DNA of 36,016 nucleotides from Malassezia furfur (taxonomy: Eukaryota): the NCBI GenBank assembly GCA_052055015.1, contig JBQJIT010000068.1; one strand, written 5' to 3'. Made by a program: the position numbers and the translations under genes. This document shows positions 20,054 to 29,459 of this stretch, one piece after another. Below the pieces are notes generated by a model. That model ran no database searches and had not been told where the DNA came from. It worked only from the letters and a program-made list of their open reading frames with translations. Every line of letters begins with the position of its first letter. Position 1 is the first letter of the stretch.

Positions 20054-21114
20054 TCATGCATCGGTGAGCGGACAGCACTGTGTCATTCAGTCCACCTACC
20101 AGGAACTCGACGAACGCATGGCCTGAGGCGGCAACTGTAAGAGGTGCCGCGCTCCGTGTCATGGCCTGAGCGTGGTGACTTGCAATCATGAACTGCACGC
20201 TTAGCATCCCGTTCTCGTCGATGCGGAGCGATGTCTTGAGTGATGTCTTGATGGCCTGCAGCATGTACGCAACGCATTGCAGTGGGTATGCACATGCAAC
20301 CGACTCGACGCAGTCAAATTTCTCCGTGAGCTGGTTTTCATTGGGAAACGAGATCTTTGTGAGGTTCAAACGTACCTCGGTGCTCCCATGGCTGTTTTCG
20401 GTGCTTAGATCGAGTCCACCGCGCTCTGTGCGTCCTGTACGTGGACGGAAATGAACATGCACTTGGGTCTCGCCGCCCGCATCGAGCTCCTGGAACGCGC
20501 GGGCAAGATATTCCGACTGGGTCAGTGATGCACGCACCTTCATGATGACCTGCGCAACGGTTGTCTCAGGCGAGAACTGCAGGTCCGGCACCATGCTCGA
20601 GTCGAGCGTGCGCAGCCGAAAGTTCATGTCGATGCGGCCAGTGTGCAGCCCGACGCTAAGGGGTTCTCCAAAGTCGCGGTAGGTTATCTCGACGTAGTCA
20701 CCCCGCCGCCGCGCGTCCATACCCCGAGAATCGTTTGCATGCATCCGACCTTCAAACAGCGTCAGACATTGCACCATCGTTGACACGTTGAGCTCGAAGC
20801 TAATATAGGGTTGTGCGTCCTCGTCATCGCTGTCATCTCTGTTGGCCAGTTCCATCCAATTTCTTGGCGGCACGAACGAGTATTCGTCAAAGATGGACGC
20901 GTAGAGATATGCGTGCGCTGCATTAGCGCAGGGACCTACCCTGCACGGCCTTGTTCACTTCCGATACCACCTCGAGACCGGACGCAGAAATGGATATGGT
21001 CGCAAACTAGGTAAGAAGGCCACCTACTGCTGTGAAATTGACCGCGCGCAACATGGCGGTCAGCATAGATGCGTCCGCGACGCGCGCGTACAGCACGCCG
21101 CGCGCCGTAGTCAT
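20054..21114 (-). CDS. RAD1: 9-1-1 checkpoint clamp subunit Rad1 (Ustilago Rec1 / S. cerevisiae Rad17 family)
   Basis: Exons 21114-21028, 21006-20940, 20917-20538, 20516-20376, 20354-20100, 20077-20054 (introns 21, 22, 21, 21, 22 nt), 317 aa. ISASGLEVVSE...QAHAYLYASIFDEYSF, IMKSEYLARAFQELD, KTSLRIDENGMLSVQFMI, FVEFLCCP. Confidence 0.9.
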
Positions 21115-21175
21115 GGCCAATGCGGCGTGGTTGGATCACGTGCCACAAAACGACGAAGCACAGACGCGAACCTCG

Positions 21176-22247
21176 ATGGCTTCGTCGCAAGCACCGCAGA
21201 AGTCGGCGCCGCTGACGTGCCATGGGCACACGCGACCAGTAGTGCACCTGGAGCATTCAGTGAAACAGGACGACGGGTCGTACCTGTTGCTTTCGAGCTG
21301 CAAGGATGGGAATCCTATGTACGTGGCGTCCCTCACACAGGCTTCGTGACTGGCTGGGCGACTGGGTTGGCACCTTCCTGGGTGCGTGTGTGTTACTGAC
21401 GCAGGCCACAAAGGTGCAGTATGGAGCGCAAAACTTTCTGAAGGCGACGCGGCGCGTGCCATCACAGGGAGTGCCGATTTTTCTGCAAAAGTGTGGGATA
21501 CGTACACGGGCGAGTGCGTGCAGACCTTTACGCACAATCACATTGTGCGCAGCGTCGCTGTGAACAGCGCAGGAACGCAGGTGCTTACTGGCGGTCACGA
21601 GAAAAAATTGCGCCTGTTTGATTTGCAGCACATAAAGGGAAACACCGCGGACGATGCACAGGTATTCGCCCCGAGGTCGGGATCCGATGACGGCACGACA
21701 CACAGCGGTACAATTCGCAGCGTCGTGCTGGGCCGCGGAACCAGTGGTGCCGAAAATGTGGTGGTGACGGCCGCCGAGGACAAGTGCATCCAGTGGTGGG
21801 ACATGCGCTCGATGCAGCCAGTGTACGAGCTCAACCTCGATGAGCCCTTTTCGTCCATGGAGCGCTGTGCGGGTGTCTATGGCGAGTACATTACGATCAC
21901 CGCCGGTAACCAGGCGATGTTTGTCGACTTGATGACGTATGTAAACACGCCGCGCTGACCACAGGCACGAAATTGTCAAGCAACACACGCTCGACATTGC
22001 GCCCTCGTCCGTGTACTTGCACCCCACGAAAGGTGACAAGTTTGTCGCTGGGTGCAGTGCAGACGAGTGGGTGCGTGTTTATGACTTTGAGACGGCCAAG
22101 GTGCTCGACCTGAGCAAGGGACACCATGGCCCCGTTCATTGCGTAAGCTATGCACCCGATGGCGAAGTTGCTGCTAGCGGCAGTGAGGATGGTACGATCC
22201 GTCTGTGGCAGACGAATCCCGGGACCAAGTACGGCCTCTGGTCGTAG
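21176..22247 (+). CDS. STRAP: WD40 protein STRAP/UNRIP (serine-threonine kinase receptor-associated protein)
   Basis: Exons 21176-21318, 21341-21381, 21405-21936, 21965-22247 (introns 22, 23, 28 nt). [69 protein letters not shown]...YGLW. Confidence 0.92.
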
Positions 22248-22419
22248 GTGGAGAATTGTACATACAAGGTTAAAATATGGGTATGCGTGTCAACGAGGTT
22301 GCGACACGACAGGCCACGACCCACGTTCCAGTGACGGATGTGGTAACGGGGTACCATTCAATGCGGAGTATCGCTTCCACAAATGTACGCATTACCGATC
22401 GACACAGAGAGATATAGAG

Positions 22420-22425
22420 TATAAA
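22420..22425 (+). promoter_or_regulatory. Putative TATA box (TATAAA) of the C2H2 transcription factor gene
   Basis: TATAAA about 49 nt upstream of ATG 22469, similar spacing to the TATA at 8923-8931. Confidence 0.5.
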
Positions 22426-22468
22426 GTGAGCGCAGTGCGTCCCCAGGCACACACATGTGCTGGTCACC

Positions 22469-23408
22469 ATGAGTCTGTCCAGCACCTCGGCACGGATAGA
22501 AGGCAAAGCGATGGAGCGCCGGTATCAGTGTCCATACAGCCCCTGCACCAAGTCGTTTGCACGGCAGTCGGATTTGAACAGGTACGCTACCCACTCACGC
22601 CAGGCACGTCCGAATCCATACCAACGAACGGCCGTACGCATGTGCGTACCCAGGGTGCAACCGACGGTTCGTGCAGAGCAGCTCGCTGCGTGTCCACCTT
22701 AACGTCCACACGGGTGCGCGACCGTACACTTGCGAGGTCTGTTCGCGCGCCTTTAGTGACACGAGCTCGTTGTCGCGGCATCGGCGCTCCCACACGGGGG
22801 TGCGCCCATACAAGTGCGAGTACGCAGGATGTGACAAAGAGTTTTGCCGTCGGACAACCTTGCGGCTCCACGTCCAGCGCGACCACGGCGAAACGTCGCC
22901 CAACGGGGCGTGGTCGTGCAACGACAGCGCGCAAGCCGATATGCCCAACATGCCGCATGCGCAGGCAATCCAGTGCAATGAGCCAGTGCCCTACAATGCG
23001 TCGCAGCTATTGGAAGACAACCTCGTCTTCCCCACGTGTGGCCAAACCCAAGCAACGAGTTCGCCTGTGCACGCCCATCTCTCGGAGCGCCGCATCGGGC
23101 CACAGCCGGCGCCGCTCCTTGTGTCTCCACCCCAAGCGCAGCTTGCCCCGCAAACGTCACTATCTTCGGTGTATGATCTGAGCGCACTGCAATCGGCCAT
23201 GTGCTTGAGCGCGCTGTCGTCGCCCGAGTGCTGGAGTTCGCCGGTGACCCCGGGCTTTCCGCTGACGCCCGTTACAGCTGTTTCCGCGCCGACTGATCCA
23301 TCCAAACACGCGGGTGTTCAATCCCAATATCTGGACCCAGGTGCATGGTCAATTCCATTTGTAGTGCATGGCGATGCGTCGCGCTATGCCTCCCACGTTT
23401 TTCTGTAG
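22469..23408 (+). CDS. Four-finger C2H2 zinc-finger transcription factor (possibly Znf2/Cos1-like)
   Basis: Exons 22469-22581 and 22604-23408 (22-nt intron). Fingers CPYSPC..FARQSDLNRHVRIH, CAYPGC..FVQSSSLRVHLNVH, CEVC..FSDTSSLSRHRRSH, CEYAGC..FCRRTTLRLHVQRDH with TGxRPY-type linkers; low-complexity tail. Subfamily call is inference. Confidence 0.9.
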
Positions 23409-23584
23409 CTTTGTCGTTCGTTCCCAAGTGTTGCTTTCGCCGCGCCTCCACATATGCGCGTCCGGGCTCCAGCGCGCGCTGATTTGGCTCGGTGCGCTGC
23501 ACGTGAGCGAAAGTGACACAAGCGCGGACACAGCCAGCCCAGACGCGTCCGCTGCCCTCGCATTCGTCTTCAGCCTAATCCGCG

Positions 23585-26500
23585 ATGACCGATGCCCAGG
23601 TGCCGTCCACAGGCCCTGCGGCTGGCGGTGCGGAGGATGAGCTGGCCACACAGCTGTGCCACCGCTACTACCAAGGGATCTTTTATACCCAAATCCAGGA
23701 AAGTGTGTTGGTGGTGCTCAACCCCTTCCACACTCCCGTGGATGTGAATGGCGAGGAGACGCTGCGTGAATATTGCCGTGCGTACCGCGACATGCGGTAC
23801 ACCACGAGCGACCGCAGCGTACCACCGCACATTTTCCGCACGGCCTCCGATGCCTACTTCTACATGCAGCGCACCGGTCAGGACCAGGCCCTCTTTTTCC
23901 TCGGCGAGACCGCGAGCGGGAAAAGCGAAGCGCGCCGCCTTGCCATGCGTGCGATTGTATCGCTCTCTGTGGCGCTCCCGGGAAAGCGCGGCGCTCGACT
24001 CGGAGCACAGCTGCCCGCAGCGCTGTTTGCGATGGAGTGTTTTGGGAACGCCGAGTCGGACGAGAACCGCAATGCATCCGGCATGGCGCTCTACAATGAG
24101 CTGCAGTTTAGCAAAAATGGGCGGCTGGTGGGAATGAAGATGCTCAATTACTACCTCGAGCGCAGCCGGGTGTCACCGCTGCGCAGCATGGAGCGCACCT
24201 TCCACGTATTCTACATGTTGATTGCCGGAGCCTCTGCCGAGGACCGCAACCGGTGGCGGTTTGATGATGTGCCGAGCTTCCGCCTGGTTACTGCAGGTGG
24301 CCGTGGTGCACCAGTGAGCAGTGCCGAGCAGCTCGCAGGGCGGTACACACGCCTGCTGCATGCGCTCGACGTCGTCGGCATGCCGCCAGTGCAGCGTGCG
24401 GCGATGCTGGATGTGCTCGCTGCGATTCTGCACCTGTCTAACCTGGACTTTGTGCGCGACAGCGGTCCGCATACCGCGGCGCGCGTCACGTCCGAGGAGC
24501 CGCTGTACATTGCTGCGTCGCTACTGGGTATCGGTGCGAGTGCGCTGGCGAATGCGGTGACGCACCTGACCAAAGTCGTGCGCGGCGACCTGTGCACCAT
24601 CATGCTGGATGCCAACGGTGCGGCTGCGAACCGGGATGCGCTCATGCGCATGCTGTACTCGCTGCTGTTTGCATGGCTCAACGAGTTCCTCAACCAGCAT
24701 CTGTCCAACGACCAGTTCCACGCATACATTGGTTTGCTTGACACGCCCGGGTGGACGAACCGCGTGCACAACTCACTGGACCAGTTTGCGGTCAATTTTA
24801 TGGCGGACACCGTGCACCGGCACATGGCCGCGACGCTGCTGGAGCGGCGCACGGACGAGATGGACCGCGAGGGGTTGTCGCACATGGCACCGCTGCCTGT
24901 CGCGTCTGACGAGGCCGAGCGGCTGCGCCTGTTGACGCACTTCCCGGGTGGCCTGGTGCATATCATGGACGACCAGACGCGCCGGCGCCCACGCAAGACG
25001 GACGAGACGATGGTCGCGGCGATGCAGAAGCGGTGGGTGAACCATGCGGCGCTGCACATCGATGCGTCCGACTCGCTGGGCCCCCCGTCGTTTGTCGTGA
25101 CGCATTTCCACGGCGAGGTGTCGTACGACCCCCATGCGTGGCTGGAGCGCAACGACGAATCGTTTGCACTGGAGCATGTGTCGCTGTTGCGTGGTGCTGA
25201 CCGTGCCGCAGATGGCACGACCGGCATGGGCTCGTCGAGCGCGTTTATCCGCAACCTGTTCAAGACAGCGGCGGTCTGGACGCAGCTGCCGATGCCCGAC
25301 GGCGCCAACTTGCAAGGCACGCAAGCGGCACTGCGCCCGCTCCGTGCCCCATCGACGATCCGGGCACGGCGCAACGGCACGCTGCGGGGCGCTGCGTCCG
25401 GCCGTGCGCGCGACGCCGATGCCGACGAGGATACGTACGGGAGCGACCTGCAGCGTGCACCGACTGTGAAGAAGCACGAGATGCCGTGTGTGCTGGGCGA
25501 GCTCCAGAACGCGCTCGGTACGCTCATGGAGGTCGTCGACGATGCTAAGCCGTGGTTTGTGCTGTGTGTGCGCCCCAACACCAACCAGCTGGCGAACCAG
25601 TGTGAGGCGCGCATGGTGCGGCGGCAGGCGCATGCGCTGGGCCTCGCGCGTCTGCGCCACGGCCACGCGCGCGACTACAGTGTGACGCTGACCTACACCG
25701 AGTTCTGTGACCGGTACGGCACACTGCCCGGCCTCGACTCGCTGCAGCTGCTGGGCGCGCCGAGCGCCGAGGCCAAGATGCGGGTGAGCGACGCATGTGC
25801 TTTGATGAACTGGACGGACGCCTACGTTGCGATGGGCATCCACAAGGTCTTTTTGTCGCACGACGTGTTCCGCGAGCTGGAGGACAGCCTGCGCCAGCGC
25901 GACCCCGAAGAGGTGCAGTACACGCTGCGCAAGGCGGCTGCAGAAGACGACACACCCGTGCAGGACGACCCGTACTCGCCGTACGTCGATGCGCCGCGCG
26001 CGGTGGACGACCTGCCGAACCCGTTCGAGGTGGTGGATGCGCCGCCGGCCGCTGCCTTTACGTACGCCGGCGAAGTCGACGCCGAGGAGACACACAGCCT
26101 GCTGCAGCGCGATGCCGCCTCCGAGAAGGGGTGGGCGGACGAATCCGTGTTTATGGACGATGCGCTCGACGCCGGCCCGGGCGACACAGGGACGGCCGAT
26201 GGGCCGCGTGTCACCGAGAAGCTGCGCGTTTCGACGCTGCGGCGGCACTGGGTGGCCTTGACGTGGCTGTTTACGTGGTGGATCCCGTCGCTGGTGTTGA
26301 AGCGGTTCAAGCGGTTCAAGCGGTCCGACGTGCGCATGGCGTGGCGCGAGAAGCTGCTGATCAACATGATCATCTGGTTCATCTGCTTGTGCTCCATCTT
26401 TGTGATTGTGTTTTTGGGCAACGTGGTGTGCCCGACGCAGCACCTGTACAGCACCACCGAGCTGTCCGGCTACAAGGGCAAGCAAGCGTACACGGCGATC

Positions 26501-29410
26501 CGCGGCGAGGTGTTCAACCTGAACGGCATCATTTCGGGCCATCGCGCAGCGATCCCTGTCATCTCGAGCAAGACGTTGCAGCAATATGCAGGCACCGATG
26601 CGACCAACATCTTCCCGGTGCAGGTGAATGCGCTGTGCAACGGCGTCACGGGCAGCATCTCGCCGTGGGTCACGCTCGACAACAACAACAACACGGACGC
26701 CAACGCACAGTACCACGACTTCCGTGCGTACCGCGGCGTGGATGTGCGCCCCGACTGGTACTACGAGCAGATGTGGTACATGCGCAGCCGGTTCCGGGTA
26801 GGAATGATTGGGTACACGCCCAAGGAGATCGACAACGCTAAGCAGGACGGGCGGACGCTCGTGGTGTACAACAAGGAGATTTACGAGATCACCGACTACA
26901 TCTCGCAGGGCAACCAGGGTGGCGTGATGGTGCCCGACGGCATGGCCCCGCCGCCTGACCTGGACCGCACGATCCTTGCGCCCGAGATTGTGAGCCTTAT
27001 GGCGCAGAACCCGGGTGCGGACGTCACACAGCAGCTCGACCGCCTGCCGCTCGATCCCGCCGTCTTGGGACGCCAGCGCGTGTGTTTGCGCAACCTGTAC
27101 TTTATTGGGAAGCTCGACGAGCGCAACTCGGCGCGGTGCACCTTTTCCAAGTACATCCTGCTCGCGCTGTCGGTGGTGATGGTCGCCACGATCGGGTTCA
27201 AGTTCTTTGCGGCGCTGCAGTTCGGTGGCGCACGGCCCCCCGAGGAGCAGGACAAGTTTGTCATCTGCCAGGTGCCGTGTTACACCGAGGATACCGACTC
27301 GATCCGCAAGACGGTCAATTCGCTCGCCAAGCTCAAGTACGACGACCGGCGCAAGCTGCTCATCCTCATCTGTGACGGCAACATTGTGGGTGCGGGCAAC
27401 GATGCACCCACGCCGCAGCTCGTCCTCGACCTGCTCGGCGCTGACACGAGCCAGGAGGCAGAGCCCTACAGCTTTGTGTCGCTCGGCGAGGGCAGCAAGC
27501 AGCACAACATGGCGCGCGTCTACAGCGGGTTGTACGAGCATGCCGGGCACATGGTGCCCTACCTGGTGATCGCCAAGTGTGGGCGGCCCACCGAGACCAC
27601 CAAGCCTGGCAACCGCGGGAAGCGCGACTCGCAGCTGGTGCTGATGCGCTTCCTCAACAAGGTGCACTTTGGCCTGCCCATGTGCCCGCTCGAACTTGAG
27701 ATGTACCATCAGATCAAGAACGTGATCGGTGTCAACCCGTCGTTCTACGAGTACATTCTGCAGGTGGACGCCGACACCGAGGTCGAGCCCACGGCGCTCA
27801 CGCGCATGGTCGCGAGCTTTGTGCACGACAAAAAGATTATTGGGTTGTGTGGCGAGACGGCCATCTCCAACGAGCAGCAGAGCCTCACGACGATGCTCCA
27901 GGTGTACGAGTACTACATCTCGCACCACATGGTCAAGGCGTTTGAGAGCCTGTTCGGCTCGATTACGTGTCTGCCGGGGTGCTTCTCCATGTTCCGCATC
28001 CGCACGCCGGACACGCAGCGCCCACTGTTCATCGCCAACAGCGTGCTGGAGGACTACGCGGAGAACCGCGTCGATACCCTGCATCTCAAGAACCTGCTGT
28101 ACCTCGGCGAGGACCGCTACCTCACCACGCTTGTGCTCAAGCACTTCCCAGACTACAAGACGGTGTTTGTGCGCCATGCCCGCTGTACCACCACCGTGCC
28201 GGACAGCTGGCGCGTGCTTCTCTCGCAGCGGCGCCGCTGGATCAACTCGACCGTGCACAATCTCGTCGAGCTGCTGCGTACGCCGCAGCTGTGTGGTTTC
28301 TGCTTGTTTTCGATGCGCTTCGTCGTGATGCTCGACCTGCTTTCGACCATCATTGCGCCCGTCACGATCGGCTACCTCGTCTACCTCGTCGTGGTGGTCT
28401 CCGTGGACGGCGGCAGCATTCCGTTCACCTCGATCATGCTCCTCGCGGCGATCTACGGCTTCCAGGCGATCATCTTCCTGCTGCACCGGCGGTTTGACAT
28501 GATTGGATGGATGGTGGTGTACATTTTGGCGCTGCCTATCTGGTCGCTCATCCTCCCGCTGTACTCCTTCTGGCACATGGATGACTTCTCGTGGGGCAAC
28601 ACGCGTATCGTCACGGGAGAGCACGGCGAGAAGCTCGTGGTGCACAACGAGGGCATCTTTGACCCCGCCGAGATCCCGCACATGACGTGGGAAGAGTACG
28701 AAAACGGTCTCTGGGAGAAACGGACGGGCGCATCCGACCCCGAGGCGTTTGCGCGCCACGTGCCGATGAGCAAGTCGACACGCGCGCTACTCCAGCGCAA
28801 CCCGAGCTTGTATGGGTACGCATCGCACCCCGTGCCAGAGTACACGGAGCCCGAGGCGATGTACGCCAGCTACTACACCGACGACTCCGACCCCCGCCAG
28901 TCCAAGCCACCGCTCGATGTCGACGGTCCGGACGCGTCGTGGGCCGCGCACGAATCCGCCTCGCTGCTCCCGCACGCTGGTGGCTACGATATGGCGTCGT
29001 ATGCGCAGCGGCCCATGAGCCACGCGACCTACAACTTCTCGTCCATGGGACACGGCATGGACTACAAGGACGAAGCGTATGCCCTCGATCCGCCGCACGC
29101 CGAGCCGCTCATCAACACGCATCCGGCGCCGATGCAGCCAAGCGCGTACACCTATGAGCCGGCCGCACCGACGCCGGCGCCCGCGCCCTCATCCCCGACC
29201 CCGCCGTCCTTCGCCGAGGCACGGCGCAACCGACTGCCGCGCGACGAAGTGATCCGCTACGACATCCGCCAGATCATTGCGCACTGCGACCTGACGACTG
29301 TGACCAAGCGGCAGGTGCGCAACCAGCTCCAAGAGCGCTATGGGTGCCCCATTGACGAAAAGAAAGCTTACATCAATGCGCAGATCGAAGCGGCGCTGCG
29401 CGACGTGTGA
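23585..29410 (+). CDS. MCS1: Class V myosin-motor chitin synthase (Mcs1/CsmA type)
   Basis: Intronless 1941 aa ORF. Myosin head with P-loop GETASGKSE; TM and cytochrome-b5-like region (AWREKL); catalytic core QVPCYTE, GNRGKRDSQ, VDADT, TCLPGCF, LGEDRYLT, SQRRRWINST, WHMDDFSWGNTR; C-terminal DEK_C (DLTTVTKRQVRNQL). Confidence 0.96.
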   Translation: MTDAQVPSTGPAAGGAEDELATQLCHRYYQGIFYTQIQESVLVVLNPFHTPVDVNGEETLREYCRAYRDMRYTTSDRSVPPHIFRTASDAYFYMQRTGQDQALFFLGETASGKSEARRLAMRAIVSLSVALPGKRGARLGAQLPAALFAMECFGNAESDENRNASGMALYNELQFSKNGRLVGMKMLNYYLERSRVSPLRSMERTFHVFYMLIAGASAEDRNRWRFDDVPSFRLVTAGGRGAPVSSAEQLAGRYTRLLHALDVVGMPPVQRAAMLDVLAAILHLSNLDFVRDSGPHTAARVTSEEPLYIAASLLGIGASALANAVTHLTKVVRGDLCTIMLDANGAAANRDALMRMLYSLLFAWLNEFLNQHLSNDQFHAYIGLLDTPGWTNRVHNSLDQFAVNFMADTVHRHMAATLLERRTDEMDREGLSHMAPLPVASDEAERLRLLTHFPGGLVHIMDDQTRRRPRKTDETMVAAMQKRWVNHAALHIDASDSLGPPSFVVTHFHGEVSYDPHAWLERNDESFALEHVSLLRGADRAADGTTGMGSSSAFIRNLFKTAAVWTQLPMPDGANLQGTQAALRPLRAPSTIRARRNGTLRGAASGRARDADADEDTYGSDLQRAPTVKKHEMPCVLGELQNALGTLMEVVDDAKPWFVLCVRPNTNQLANQCEARMVRRQAHALGLARLRHGHARDYSVTLTYTEFCDRYGTLPGLDSLQLLGAPSAEAKMRVSDACALMNWTDAYVAMGIHKVFLSHDVFRELEDSLRQRDPEEVQYTLRKAAAEDDTPVQDDPYSPYVDAPRAVDDLPNPFEVVDAPPAAAFTYAGEVDAEETHSLLQRDAASEKGWADESVFMDDALDAGPGDTGTADGPRVTEKLRVSTLRRHWVALTWLFTWWIPSLVLKRFKRFKRSDVRMAWREKLLINMIIWFICLCSIFVIVFLGNVVCPTQHLYSTTELSGYKGKQAYTAIRGEVFNLNGIISGHRAAIPVISSKTLQQYAGTDATNIFPVQVNALCNGVTGSISPWVTLDNNNNTDANAQYHDFRAYRGVDVRPDWYYEQMWYMRSRFRVGMIGYTPKEIDNAKQDGRTLVVYNKEIYEITDYISQGNQGGVMVPDGMAPPPDLDRTILAPEIVSLMAQNPGADVTQQLDRLPLDPAVLGRQRVCLRNLYFIGKLDERNSARCTFSKYILLALSVVMVATIGFKFFAALQFGGARPPEEQDKFVICQVPCYTEDTDSIRKTVNSLAKLKYDDRRKLLILICDGNIVGAGNDAPTPQLVLDLLGADTSQEAEPYSFVSLGEGSKQHNMARVYSGLYEHAGHMVPYLVIAKCGRPTETTKPGNRGKRDSQLVLMRFLNKVHFGLPMCPLELEMYHQIKNVIGVNPSFYEYILQVDADTEVEPTALTRMVASFVHDKKIIGLCGETAISNEQQSLTTMLQVYEYYISHHMVKAFESLFGSITCLPGCFSMFRIRTPDTQRPLFIANSVLEDYAENRVDTLHLKNLLYLGEDRYLTTLVLKHFPDYKTVFVRHARCTTTVPDSWRVLLSQRRRWINSTVHNLVELLRTPQLCGFCLFSMRFVVMLDLLSTIIAPVTIGYLVYLVVVVSVDGGSIPFTSIMLLAAIYGFQAIIFLLHRRFDMIGWMVVYILALPIWSLILPLYSFWHMDDFSWGNTRIVTGEHGEKLVVHNEGIFDPAEIPHMTWEEYENGLWEKRTGASDPEAFARHVPMSKSTRALLQRNPSLYGYASHPVPEYTEPEAMYASYYTDDSDPRQSKPPLDVDGPDASWAAHESASLLPHAGGYDMASYAQRPMSHATYNFSSMGHGMDYKDEAYALDPPHAEPLINTHPAPMQPSAYTYEPAAPTPAPAPSSPTPPSFAEARRNRLPRDEVIRYDIRQIIAHCDLTTVTKRQVRNQLQERYGCPIDEKKAYINAQIEAALRDV

Positions 29411-29459
29411 GCGCCAGCGCGTGGACGAACATCGATGAGCGAAACTGTACATTTTTTTT

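Noticed and set aside
21112..21115. Shared CATG giving the RAD1 start on minus and an ATG in frame with STRAP on plus
   Set aside because: STRAP homology starts near Met 21176 and the CACGTG promoter motif lies between; most likely coincidental.
4823..22603. Apparent frameshifts and premature stops suggesting pseudogenes (MPC2, FAHD1, RAD51, RAD1, STRAP etc.)
   Set aside because: Every break is explained by a GT-AG micro-intron with a branch motif, and removal restores full-length conserved proteins.
24773..28759. 1328-aa antisense ORF inside the chitin synthase gene
   Set aside because: Codon-register mirror of a GC3-rich gene (few TTA/CTA/TCA codons on the sense strand); no recognisable domains.
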